64,000 nt of DNA. Source: Antedon mediterranea. Lineage: Eukaryota > Animalia > Echinodermata. This document shows, in pieces, positions 40,101 through 52,443 of this stretch (the stretch's first letter is position 1; every line of letters begins with the position of its first letter). The translations under genes were made by a program, and so were the position numbers. Where the stretch lies: assembly GCF_964355755.1 (NCBI RefSeq), contig NC_092678.1, positions 16,287,881-16,351,880 of the forward strand, read 5' to 3'. Below the pieces are notes generated by a model. The model was not told the origin of the DNA, ran no database searches, and saw only the letters and a program-made list of their open reading frames with translations.

Positions 40101-43100
40101 AATGTATGATGTTAGGTTGTTTCAATGTATAGAAGTATTACCTACATATTCACTGTAATTAACAAAGTGTGTATGATTACCAAAAAGCTTGCTAAAGAAT
40201 TTGCATAAACAGGTGTCAAGAGTAAAAAATATGTAATTCTACTGCTTATTTTGTCATTCCTACAATAACTTCGTGACTATAGCATGACATGGAGTTTTTG
40301 TTTCATGAAGAGACAATAACATTTACCCTTAGCTTACTTTCAGTTAATTAACACGGCTGTAATTAAACTACACTTTATAGTACAGTAATTAAATACTTTA
40401 CAAGGGGTGCAAATAAAAAATCTAAAAGATTCAACTTAAAATTATGTTTTTTATGAAGCCCTGTACTTGACAACATTTTATGTTAATTGTTTTTATAAAA
40501 CCACTGCACGGATAGTGTCACTTCATGGCGTCACTAACGATTTACACCACAAAAAACCCTATCGAACTAGTTTTCCTGCATCAGTGTTGAGGTCAATGTT
40601 CCACACACAGTAATCATACGACAGACACGGTTATGACTTAACGATCAACTTTTAATGAGTGCTGTAACTACAACAATAGAGAACAACAAATAGAAGTATG
40701 GCGGTAATAAGAAGCATAATACCAGACGTAACAGAATTGGCGCTGTAGTTAATATTAGAAGGTCTTGTCGGTCTAAATGTACCTAAAGTTTCACAAACAA
40801 TATCGGACTTTCATCTCTTGTTGCCTTTCATTTACTGTTACAATTCAAATTAATCCATTCTGCAAAGCTGATAACATTTGCTCATTCAAAGTTTACTCAT
40901 CGTACCATAAAACAGCTGAGTTTCAAAACATTAATAATTGTAATTTTCTATTGCACCTAGGTGTGTCTGTGGTGGTTGTATTTTTCCTATTATCCACAAT
41001 TCGTTTTAGCATTGAAGTGTTTGTAAGACTACAACTTCATTGGACTTCGTATTACATAAAGGACTATGTAGAGTTTTTAATCATATCACTTATGTTGTAT
41101 ATATTTATCCGGCCAAGAAATCAAGTTTTAGTTGTTAAAAGAGCTATTGCACATTCCTTAAAGGTAAGTCTGTTTTCTTTATGTAAATAATTTGCTCTTG
41201 CAAAAACTTACCAGTTGAAAGTTTTCCAGATTTGTATCCTATCAGATAGCGAATCATGAAATACCTGCTGAAAATAGCTTGTGAACGTTTATATTTTCAG
41301 ACTCCTGTAGCATATTTTTAAAAAGGTAACTACTGTACACAAATATTTTCATAAACTGCACAGTTTACTAGCAGTAATGTGTGCACTTTATTTTGATATT
41401 TTGCTAAAAAAAAAGTAAAGACAGAAAAGATAGCTATTGTATTTGTTTTAAACCCTTTTATTGATAATAAACTTTGAGTTGTTGAGTTGTAGATTCCAAA
41501 AAGGTGAAACCCTATTTTCACAAAGATAGTGATTTTGAAGTAAAAGTACATCAATAGCGACATCAATTAGCCAAATTAGGTCACATTATAGTTTTTACTA
41601 TAAGAGCTTTGAATTTGGGATAGTAAATGAAAGATACAAAAAAAAAGTTAGCAGACCATGACAGATGTGTAATGTGTCTTTAGATTTAAAAAAAAGGAGT
41701 AACAGCTAGCCTACTAGGACCTACTTCTTGACATTGCAAGCTGTGCTCTGGTTGGTTTGAAAACGAACTTTACATCAACAGATCTCTATAGTATAGAGGC
41801 CTATTGGGCTTACATGCATTCAGATTAGTCTGTCAGTAAAGCGTGGTTCCCACAAGGGACGCAACATAGCTCAACCTACGCAATGTAAGAAAATACCCTT
41901 TCCATAATTGGGTTTGCCTCCGTCTGTCTCAAAATCAAACCTGCTTTGTTGCATGTCAATGTTAGTTGTCATAGACTTTGACATGCATACTTGCTTTTGT
42001 TTGCAGCACCTGCATTGTCAGTTCCCACTTGTGATTACAAAATATAGCACTTTGCGTCTATATGCTGCATTGCGTTCTAGTGAGAACCACACTTAAATTA
42101 CTGTGTCATTCATTTACTGTACCACAAACAAAGGACTCTTCTGTACTTGGTAGCTAAACTCAATTTCAATGTTAATAAATGTGCTAACTTATATTTGGAT
42201 ATAGAATAGCAATCACGCAAGGCGTCACAGATTCTGTATGTTATTGTATGTGGCCTATAATACAGTGCTATTTTGATTCGCTGCGAAGCTGTTGATTTGT
42301 GGTATACAGAGTCAAAGTACATCGTAGTGCATTAGATTGTTATATACAGTACATTAAATTAAGGTATTCCTTATGTACTGTATATGTCTATTTACAGGGG
42401 ATGTTGGAAGACAATTTATTATTTCGCAACCAAGATGCATGTGAGCTAATGGGTAACATCACATGTATTTGTAGCAATAAGACGGGTGTGCTAACACAAA
42501 GCAATATGGAGGTTAAAAAATGTTACATCGCTGACAGACTGCATGACTTTGAGAAAAGACAGAGTATGTCCGAAACAATTGGACCTTGCGCCAACAGATA
42601 TCTTGGAAAAATTAACCAAGAAATCATGAAGCTTCTTCAAGAAAGTATTGCAGTTAACAGTGAATATGCCACGCAGATATATGTAAGTGATGTGAGGGTA
42701 GTATAACTATATATTGCATCATTACAATTTATTTAATATTTTGAAGGTCTAACAGTATATATAACACATGCTATCAAGCACAAGTAATTGAAAAGTAAAA
42801 TGACATGTTGTAAACTGGTTTTAACTGGTACTTGTTGACTTTAATCTGGAAATGTTTTAATACTTAACTTACTAGTTTACATCAGTTATTGTATCATTAA
42901 ACTAGTTACTGCAATTAACTGGCTTTAACTGGAATTTTCTTATTGGTTTTTTAAACTGGCACCTCTAGAACATTTTTTTCATAATTTTTTTTTAGCAAAT
43001 TGGAAACAAATTGCATCAAGTTGGAGACCAAACTGACTGTGCATTGTTAAACTTTATCGGTGAGATCTGCTACAGGACCCTTCGTAATAAATGGCCAGAA

Positions 43101-46100
43101 GAAAGACTGGAACAAGCCTACACCTTTGATTCGAATAGTAGATTCATGGGTACATTTATCGAAACAGAGGATGCAAATGCTGAACCAATATGGCGACTGT
43201 ATGTTAAAGGCGCTGTTGAAATTATATTCAATAGGTATTCCATTCAATCTTATATAGCTTTAATAGCACACCCATTAAGTATATCCTTGTTATTTGATGG
43301 GTTAATTTCATATTATTATAACATTGGTTATTTTGTTCTATTCAACAGTAACATTTCTATCCAATGGTTCTATTCAACAACAAGCTCATGACAATTTTTT
43401 ATTGTACAATGGTATATGTTGATAAAAAATATTGCAATGAAATCCAACCAGTTCTAGCCTTTGACAAATGATTGATAGCAAATTGTTGTGTTGATAAACA
43501 AATAAAAACCAAAATAAATGATTCAATAAAGAATATCATGTGTTCATTGAATGGAGAGATTATTTTCATTCATTGACATTTTCAAATCTATTTTCCAGTT
43601 GTTCTTACATTTTGGATGCTGAAGGACAATCTCAAGAGTTGACCAGTGAGCTGCGTGATGAGTTGAAGACAACGTTTAAAGAGATGTCGTTACCAGGGTT
43701 GCGGATGGTGTGTCTAGCCTATAGAGACTTCGCACAAAAACCGAGTTTGAAGTATTCTACCAAATATGACAATGTGTCGCATTTGACGTTTATTTCTGTT
43801 ATTGCTCTGTCTAATCCAGTCAGAAATAACGTAAGTATAGAGATAAAAAGACTTTATCACTTTAATATATTCACTATGAGGTAGAATTTAAATATTTTAA
43901 TATCAAATTAATTATCTTTACAATAAAATTGATCAAATGTATGTTTTTTAACACAGTCCAGATCTGCAGTTGAGTCTTGCCAAGATGGAGGTATCAATGT
44001 TAGAATGCTCACTGGTGATGATATGAATGCAGCACATGATGTTGCTGTGGATACAGGTATACTAAATGTAAAGACAGATGACTTGGCGATGGAAAGCCGT
44101 GATTTTAATCAAAGTTTATCACAATCAAGAGGCAAGGTATAAGATTCTGTTCATTAACATATTAGTATTAAATGTATATTTACTTTTATTGAGAGAAATA
44201 ATGTTGCTTGAGATGGTATACAAAGTATTTTTTTATGGATATTCTTTAATTTCAAATTTTATTTATTTATTTATTTTACAACCACTTTCATTGTTTTGTC
44301 AATCATCTCTCAAGTTTAAAATCATCATCCACCATCATCAAAAGCACCATCATCACTAACACCACCATCATCATCATCATCATCACCAACACCACCATCA
44401 TCATCATTAACTGCCTTATCACCAGCATCAACATCAATAACACCATCATCATCACCTACCACCACCATCATCACCTACCACCATCACCATCATTTGCATC
44501 TACACCATCACCGTCATTACCACCTACCACCATCATCATCACCTACCACCATCATCCTCACCTACCACCATCATCAACACCACCGTCATCATCAACACCA
44601 CCGTCATCATCATCACCAACACCATCATCATTATCATTAACTGCGTTATCACCAGCATCAACATCAATAACACCATTACTATCATCAGCACCTACCACCA
44701 CCATCCTCACCTACCACCATCATTACCACCTACCACCATCATCATCACCTACCACCATCATCCTCACCTATCACCATTATCCTCACCTACCATTATCATC
44801 ACCTACCACCACCATCAGCAGCACCTACCACCACCATCAGCACCTACCACCGCCATGATAACCTACCACCATCATCATCATCATCACCTACCCCTATCAT
44901 CATCACCTACCACCATCATCACCTACCATAATCATCATCATCATCACCACCTACCATCACCATCAGCACCTACCACCATCATCATCACCTACCACCATCA
45001 TGACCTACCACCATCATCATCATGACCTACCACCATCACCATCATTAGCACCTACCACTATAATCATCACCTACCACTATCATCAACACCACCATCACTA
45101 TCACCACCATCATCAACACCACCTCCATCAACATCACCACTACCACCTTCATCATCATCATAAGCAGCAGCAACTACCCACCATCATTGTCATCATTACC
45201 ACTTGCAACACCCTCATTTCAACAACTGCATCACTAACACTACCTGCATCACCACCAACTTCATTATCATCATCAGCACTGGTATCACCATCACAACTTA
45301 TATCACCGCCATTACCAACCCCACCTACATCACCGATATTCTGCTTTCATTCAGTACAATATCATGCAGCGATTAAAGGTTCTTTCAAGAGCTCACTTTG
45401 ATGACAAGGAGTGCATAGTGGGGTGTGTAACTGGTGCTAGCAGACGTGAGGTGTTAGCTGTAACAGGACGTCGCAGTAAAGAGGCTGCTCTCTTTGAAAA
45501 ATCACACATTGGTCTAGCAATGGTAAGACACTATTACTTAATCAAAGGTTCAGTAGATGCTAAATTTTGACAACTTAAGGTATAGTACATACTGAATGCA
45601 CATTTGTATGTATATTAATATTAGTTATGACCTTGTATTCAGGTCAGTAATCAGATCCTCCAATTAGATTAGAGCTTGCTTGCTTACAATCCCACATCCT
45701 CTCTCACAGAGTACCATGATTTTTATTTAAATAAGAAAACCGTTGCCGCTGTGGTACAAAGCTTTGCTTCACCTGATTAAGGATCAGTTATGTTTTAAAC
45801 CATTGATTATTGCGCTATATTTGAATATATTAGAGTGATATTCTTAATAATTATGTTAACAGGGTACCACTGCAACACTAGATGCCAAGGGGGCAGCAGA
45901 TATAATCCTGCAAGATGACAGCTTCCATAGCATCAAGCAAGCTGTCATGTGGGGGCGCCATATTTGGGATTCAACAGCAAAATACTTGCAGTACCAACTC
46001 TCATTGGCATTTTCCCTTGTGTTGGCGGTAATAATAGGTATAGCATGTTCAACAGTAAGTATATCTAATTATTTACAGTAAAACTCATACGTTGCATTCA

Positions 46101-49100
46101 TATACAGTACACTTTACGATGGCAAAATAAAAGGATTTATGTGGTCAACTTGAAGATAATCTTTAAGGGGACAAAGAACTTATAACACAAGAATCTCCTG
46201 TCTGTCAATTATGCATTGAAAATAACATGGTTATAAAGGTTACACAGGGCACCGCCATTCTGACAGCGCCCTCACCAAAATATAAAGGTAAAACACTAAT
46301 ATTCCTGTAGAGATCTCCATGACAAGGATATGAAACTTGCACATGCATTCCGGAGCTGAAACGTCCCTGGGCAAAAAAGGCCTAAATGCATACTCTTCGA
46401 ATACACAGACATATTTAGGGCGCACTACTCCATGATTAAAAATATTGCCATCTATTGACATTCTATTCTACAATGCCTTTTGAAATGTTACCTGTTTTTG
46501 ATGGACAGGATATTTATGTGTTATATTGTAGGTATTTTGGCCATATAGATATTCTGTTGTAACATCCAGTAACTATCTCAATTGTCTTATTAATAGAGGC
46601 TTAAATCAATCTCATACTCTAAAACCTTAGATTATTTGAAAGGAGTTTTGATGTACAATATTACATTAAAAACAATGCCTAAATATTTCAACCTCAGAAC
46701 AATATATATAGTGCTAGGTTGTGAAACATATTATTACCCCGGTCATTTTTGGATCAGACACGTATGGAAAAAAAATACAGTTAGTAGTCAGCGCAAATTT
46801 TTACCTTACCAGGTAAAGTGACTTGCCTAAAGATACAACCACGCTCTCACGATCAGTAGTCCAACGTTCAACAAACTCCTCATACTGTAAATCTATACAA
46901 ACAGCAAAATAAAAGAAGCATCTGTTGAAACGTGTTCATGTTTTTATTTAGGGAACACCATTGAAATCTTGTCACCTTCTTTGGCTTTACTTCATCATCA
47001 ACTGCGCTGTGATTATCATTTTAATGAGAGAAACCCCGAGTCAATCAGCCATGCAACGTGTGTCGCAAGGCTGGTATAAGCCATTGTTGTCTCGTATCAA
47101 ACTACGTTTTATAATCGGACATGGTGTTTATCAGCTTCTTGTTATCTTGATTATTTATTTACGTGGTAAGAATAATTTGGTTTCTTTTTTGTTGATTAAA
47201 GATGTATTGTCTCCCTGAAAAATAATGTTTTACTTTTTTTTGTTGCATATGCCATTTTAATGTCACAATGGCTATCCACTTTGACCAAAAATTGGATCTA
47301 AACCAAATTTATTTACCTGAAAAAACTTTAATTTAGAGCAAAAAATTACTGCTGCCAGCCAATGGATTTTTGGTTGAATTTAACCATTTATTATATTATT
47401 TTATAAGTGAGAACATTATTTTTTTTTTCATTTTTTTTCTACGGAAGTGATTAACTTTATTAAAACTACAAAATAACCTATTCAAAGTCTGATTTAATTA
47501 ATCTTCATTTTTCATGTTTTTGGGGGACAATATATCTTTAAATGAATTGCCAATTCAACTTCAGTTCAGTAAGCGCTAGTTAATTATAAGACTAAACATG
47601 TTGCTGTTATGGTGCTAATTATAACGACCTTGATTACAACCCTGAGAGGTTGAAAACTCATCTTTTTTCTAATTTATATTTTGTTACATTTTTATCTTAA
47701 TGTGCTCTTATCAGTTTGGAAAAGTGCTTAGCAATTTGTTATTAATTCCTAATATACAATTAATCACAAAGAAATAAGTTGCGTTAAATCGTTCCTATTA
47801 ATATTTTTTTTGTTTACAGGGGATAATGAAATGTTATTTGATATCGATAATGGACAGACAACAGGTGTTCGTTCTGCTGCTTCCGTACACATGACACTAG
47901 TTTTCAACGTGACCGTTCTTATGACAGTTGTCAACGCATTCAACACGAGGAAGGTGTACGGTGAAAGAAACATTGTAGCTGAGACTGAGGGCAGCCAAAT
48001 AAAATGGATTATATTCTTTTTTATATCAATTTCATTTCAAGTAAGTTCAGTATTAAAGGGTAGCTCCGTGTTAAAAATATCTAGTGTTTATAATAAAATA
48101 TTTGCAACATCTAATATAAAAAACCCACTTTATTTTTGACAGCAGAATGATCAAAATAAGCCTTTTCTTTCAAAAGTGGCGCTTTAAAAAAAGCACTTAT
48201 TTCCTAATGCATGTTCTGTTTCACTGTTCTCAGAAACTTAAGTGAGGTTATAATAAATGTGGTTTCAAAAGTTTATATTTAAAAAATAAACAATAGGAGT
48301 TTTTAACTGGGAGCTACCCTTAATAATTACATGTGAAGGCATTTTTCAGTTTTATGTCAGCTAACCAGATGAATGGTCCCAGGACGGGAAACGCTACCCC
48401 TACCCCTACTTTTCCGAAAGGTTCTCTGGGTTCTTTAAAGTGCACATGATCTAGATGTGTACACTCGACCTCCTGTTTTAATCCGAGAAGACTTGTTCTA
48501 ATTTACGATCCAATAATAAGATGCTTTTATTTCAACCGAAATCTCATCACTCGTTTGGAAATCGTGCTTTTTCTATTAATGCTCCACGTCTATGGAATGA
48601 CATTCCTGAATGGATTAGGCATTACCATACAATTAATTCTTTTCAAAAATCATTAAAATCATACCTTTTTGCTGAGGCATATGGTATTAATGAAGCATAA
48701 AGAAACAGTGTTGTGATTAGCGCCTTGAGCACTTTTAGTGGGTATGTGCGCTATATAAATTGCTATATTATTATTATTATACAATGTAAGGAGTGCCTTG
48801 AACCTGTGCCGATTGTATTTATATATGGTCAGCCACTCAATTGTATGTTTTTTAAAACAAAGGAATATAATTAAAGCTATTTTCTCTTTACAGATTGTAT
48901 TCATAGAGTTATTTCAGTCGCCATTCAACACAACTTCACTTCATTTATCCGAGTGGATATGGTGCTTTGCTATTGCATTATCGACGCTTCTTTGGCATCA
49001 AGTAATCATTTCTATTCCAACATCAAGAAACGCAATAACGCCAACAAAACAAAATGGGACTGGATTGAGTAGGAGTGTTCGGTTTACCAGGGAGATGGAA

Positions 49101-49127
49101 GGTCCAGAAGTTGAAGTCCATGTTTAA
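31174..49127 (+). CDS. ATP2B: Plasma-membrane Ca2+-ATPase (P2B/PMCA)-like protein, 16 exons, about 1100 aa, predicted catalytically inactive
   Basis: Exons 31174-31354, 33569-33754, 35875-36102, 37031-37153, 38285-38359, 39697-40038, 40961-41163, 42398-42682, 42996-43234, 43599-43830, 43957-44136, 45355-45522, 45863-46054, 46952-47165, 47820-48040, 48894-49127. All are GT-AG with compatible phases and total 3303 nt with no internal stop. PMCA-type stretches: LVVGD, GDVVPADG, DACELMGN.TCICS.KTG, KGAVE, GLRMVCLAYRDF, VRMLTGD, ADIILQDDSF.SI..AVMWGR, IIGHGVYQL, RKVYGERN, W.QVI.SIPTSR. Confidence 0.88.
31897..32221. mobile_element. Short Harbinger MITE related to 23530-24509
   Basis: TAA-GGGCCTGTTCA...AACATACCC-TAA, sharing AAAAGATTAGTGGAAGCCACCTC.TACGACACTGAT with the larger element. 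Confidence 0.7.
33963..34107. mobile_element. MITE of about 145 bp
   Basis: Inverted ends AAGCTCTGTCTACACTATCAAACT and AGTTTGATAGTTTAGACAGAGCTT. Confidence 0.65.
34890..35527. repeat. Intronic tandem duplication, 330-bp period, two copies
   Basis: The sequence starting TGTCTTGTGGATGAATTAAATTAGCC at 34890 recurs at 35220 with few substitutions. Confidence 0.9.
37170..37800. repeat. Intronic minisatellite, 65-75 bp units, about 9 copies of alternating types
   Basis: AAACTGTCCCTTTAA(A/G)GA... units begin at about 37172, 37243, 37310, 37384, 37451, 37520, 37586, 37656 and 37721. Confidence 0.9.
44320..45335. repeat. About 1 kb of CAC/CAT/CTAC-rich simple repeat filling intron 11 of the ATP2B-like gene
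   Basis: Degenerate (CATCATCACCTACCAC)n. The poly-His ORFs at 44078 and 45000 are by-products. Confidence 0.9.
47199..47537. mobile_element. TTAA-flanked MITE (Kolobok-like)
   Basis: TTAA-AGATGTATTGTCTCCC ... GGGGGACAATATATCT-TTAA, with AG...CT termini. Confidence 0.7.
48500..48780 (+). mobile_element. L2-clade LINE extreme 3' end
   Basis: SHHSFGNRAFSINAPRLWNDIPEWIR....INSFQKSLKSYLF followed by a GCGCCTTGAGCAC...GTGCGCTATATAAAT..(ATT)n tail. Confidence 0.8.
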
Positions 49128-49604
49128 TTTACATGTTGGCATGTATAGTAAATAATTTGTTAATGATTGTGTAAAGAGTTTAGAAGAAACTTGGGCATTT
49201 CCAACACAATTTACACTATCAACTTGGAGAGAAACACCATGTTTATTTGGAGGTTACCCCCATTTGCAGTACCAACAAAATTGTGAGGTGAAGTTACTCC
49301 GGGGGTTATCCATCTAATCACACTAGTCTTGTGAAATATAAACACATCTATAAACAGACTTAATTTTTGGTTTCTCTTTGTGTAGAAAAACATGAATGAA
49401 TTTAGAAAATACAATTAGGTTACTTAAAGACAGAACACATTTAAGAAGTGATGTTTCAATTAATTTTCATGATTTTACATAATATTCAGTTTATAAAGGT
49501 TCAAAATACTCCAGTCCAAACAATCTTTATTGAAAAGTATACAGATGTATGCTAATTTTTGTAATTTGTTAATGCCCTGAATTTGACAGCAAAACAAAGT
49601 TTGA

Positions 49605-49980
49605 CGCTTCAGTGATTTCTCAGAAGTTAAGCTACATTGGGCCCGGTTGCGTTCTAAATGGAAGACCATCTCGAAATATCGTGTTGGGTGCAGTGATGTA
49701 TAGATTGAGAGCATGTGGTGTGTGTTGTGTTGTTGAGTCTATGCATACTCATCACATTGCATGTGTTCTTAAAGACACTTGCGTTTGCCTTCCACTACCC
49801 AGAGTGTACAAATGGGTACCTGCACAACTGGGCTGATTACTGCAATGTTATGGAAAAATGTTTCCATACATAGTTGATCAAAATAACCAGGGTAATAATG
49901 TGAAAATGTCATTTCAACATAAAGATATATATACAGTATATGAAATTTGCACTATATAAATGAATACATTATTATTATTG
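49605..49980 (+). mobile_element. 5S rRNA-derived SINE (SINE3-type) with a central CORE-like block and L2-like tail
   Basis: CTCAGAAGTTAAGCTACATTGGGCCCGGTTGCGTTCTAAATGGAAGACC resembles the 5S internal control region. It is followed by ACCCAGAGTGTACAAATGGGTACC and a GCACTATATAAAT...(ATT)n tail. Confidence 0.6.
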
Positions 49981-50459
49981 ACTCATAAGGTCCCAAATTA
50001 TTGCTACTACATTCTCAAAAACATACATTCCTGAAAATTCATTTTAAAAGAGTATTGCTTTCTATGAGATTTCCAAATTGTATATAATATACATTTGTCC
50101 ATGATTTTGTGTGCTGCAAGTATTTTGTGTGATTTTTTTTTCTACTGAGTGAGGTGTTTTTTTTTATGCATGTATCATTTGTTGTTCCACGAAATGTTTA
50201 GAAAAAGTAATGTATTTTGTTGATCATTCAGATTCCAAATTCTTCAAAATGTTATCAAATTTTTATAAATTTCAATACATGCTTACAACCTTACCTTATT
50301 AAATGAAATAAGGAGGCATAGTTTTTATGTGCGAGTCATATGTTCGTTTACAAGTGTTGAGTGTTGGGGCTTGAAACAATGTGGTAAGGAAAGGTAATTC
50401 ACTGTGTATCATAGAAAGAAGCTCTACTAAAGGTATTAACTGAGATTTACATAACTTAA

Positions 50460-51085
50460 AGACCCCTTCCCTGCAATTTTGGACGTTTTTTGGAAAATAA
50501 TACATATATATCACTTTAAAAACATTAAACCATGTCATTCCTTGTCTTAAATGTACGTTTTATGGTAAATTATGATAAAAAGTGAGAAACAATGCACTAC
50601 CTAAGTAGCTCGCGGCGATCGACCTCTCGTGGACGGTCTTAGGCCTAGCCTAGCTAGGCTTAGTTTTGTAGGCCTAGCTGGTAAACATCGGTAACATACG
50701 AACATCGTACGCTACCTATATACCTAGCCTGACGTTGTATAGTTGCTGCATTAATTGTCTTTCTATTTTTGCCAGACTCCGTTGATACAAATTGGGGAAA
50801 ACCCGGTATTTTCGCTGAAAAGTTAGGAGTCTTCCATTTGTTTTGGCCTCACGATCGATCGAAAAGTGGGCGAATTACAGGTGAAAAACAAAAATACCCA
50901 TCCGCGCGCAATGCATTTTGGGATTTATAGCGGGCCGCTATAATTATTAGAATCGACTTATTTTTCACATTTTTAACCGTTTAAAGACGAAAAAAGTTAT
51001 CGCAATAGGACCATATAGTATTATTTTTACATTAAATATAGTTTGTGATCTTAAATTAGATCTAAAAAACGTAGGGAATGGGGCT
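50460..51085 (+). mobile_element. 626-bp non-autonomous Kolobok-like DNA transposon
   Basis: TTAA TSD on both sides, termini AGACCCCTTCCCTGC and GTAGGGAATGGGGCT (RR...YY), near-identical to 60417-61042. Confidence 0.85.
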
Positions 51086-51975
51086 TTAAAAGGATGACCT
51101 CTGACCAATGTAGCTTTTGTGCAGTTACTGTGTGCTAACTGATCAAAATGTGTGGTAAATGATGTCGAGGTGCTAATTATAACATAAAATAAATTTATTT
51201 AGTGAATAAAGCAGAATATGTAGATTCAGTACAACAAGTGTGTTTATGATGCAGTAGGCCTACTATGTTACATATATCTGTTACGCATGAACGATTGTGA
51301 CCTTTGGTAAGCCACCTGAGTAGGTGACATAAGTGCATCGTTTTCTATAAAAATTACAAGAGCTTATAAAATAACACATAGTTAATTCTCAATACAAAGG
51401 TATAACTTAATAATTGGTCAGTTCCTTCCAGATATGACCTTCATATACAGACTTTAATTTCTGCGTGCATATCTTTATTTTATTAATTTTATACAGTACA
51501 TATATAAATATACAGTATATATTCTAAAACTTAATGACATTCTGGTGTTCAGCTGGTATTGTAGATTTTTATTATTTTTTCATTCGAAAAGTTGTATATT
51601 TTATAGACGTTAATTTAATTTGACATTGTTTTCAGGTTGCAATAATTGGTTTTTTGGCATGTTTGACGTCATCGGAATACATTTGCGCATGCGTAATATC
51701 ATTCATAATGTTTATCGAGTCAAGCAGTGTCGAGCATATAAAGACTATAATTGGACAATAAACTATTGACCAATCAGAAGCGTAACAATGGCTCCCCATA
51801 CTGAAATTTCATTTGATTTATTAACATTTATGGACTATATGCTATTAGTATCAACTTTGGTTGCTACATCTATCAAATATTTCAGGTAGACTAGGCTTCA
51901 TTGGAATCGAAAATTCTTAATGCCTGCAAGTACCTGCTATGGGGTATGTTTGGTATGCGTAAAAGTCCAGCGTAA

Positions 51976-52443
51976 AGCTTGGTTCCCACTATGACGCAAG
52001 GACGTAAATGCAACGCAAGCGTGTTGACCAATGACAAGCGACATTCGAATAAATCCATCGTTTGTGATTGGTCAAATCCCTTACGTTGCGTTACGTACTT
52101 GTGTTGCGTCTCTAGTGGGAACCAAGCATAAAGGACATTTTTTGTGAAGGCCATACGTGCTTAACATTTCTGTATTACTACTCTTCATTGTTTTATGGGA
52201 GAATTCTAAACCTTTTCCGTCCATGTATTGCCACTCCTTTTTTTCTTCCAAATTCGATTGAATTTCAAGTACCAAAGTAGACATCTTAAGCTTGGTTCTC
52301 TAGCTAAAGAGCAACGCAGTGATGTAACGCGTCGCAAGAGAATTGACAAATGGCAGGCGACAGTTCGAATAATCCATCTGATGTGGTTGGTTGGTAAAAA
52401 TCACTTACGCTGCCCTTATGCTGTTGCGTGGGAACCAAGCTTT
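51976..52443. mobile_element. Two adjacent MITEs of about 150 bp from one family (51976-52127, 52288-52442); relatives at about 41840-42093 and 54320-54408
   Basis: AGCTTGGTTCCCACTA ... TAGTGGGAACCAAGC inverted ends in TAA/TTA context (Harbinger/Tourist-like). Confidence 0.7.

Noticed and set aside
44078-45401. Poly-His ORFs (44078-44359, 45000-45401) suggesting a metal-binding protein
   Set aside because: They are translations of an intronic CAC/CAT simple repeat between two in-phase PMCA-like exons.
31174-49127. Calling the ATP2B-like locus a pseudogene
   Set aside because: No stop or frameshift across 16 exons and all splice sites canonical despite heavy divergence; still untested without expression data.
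49605-49700. 5S rRNA gene
   Set aside because: Too diverged, 5' portion not recognisable, and it continues into a SINE-like body and tail.
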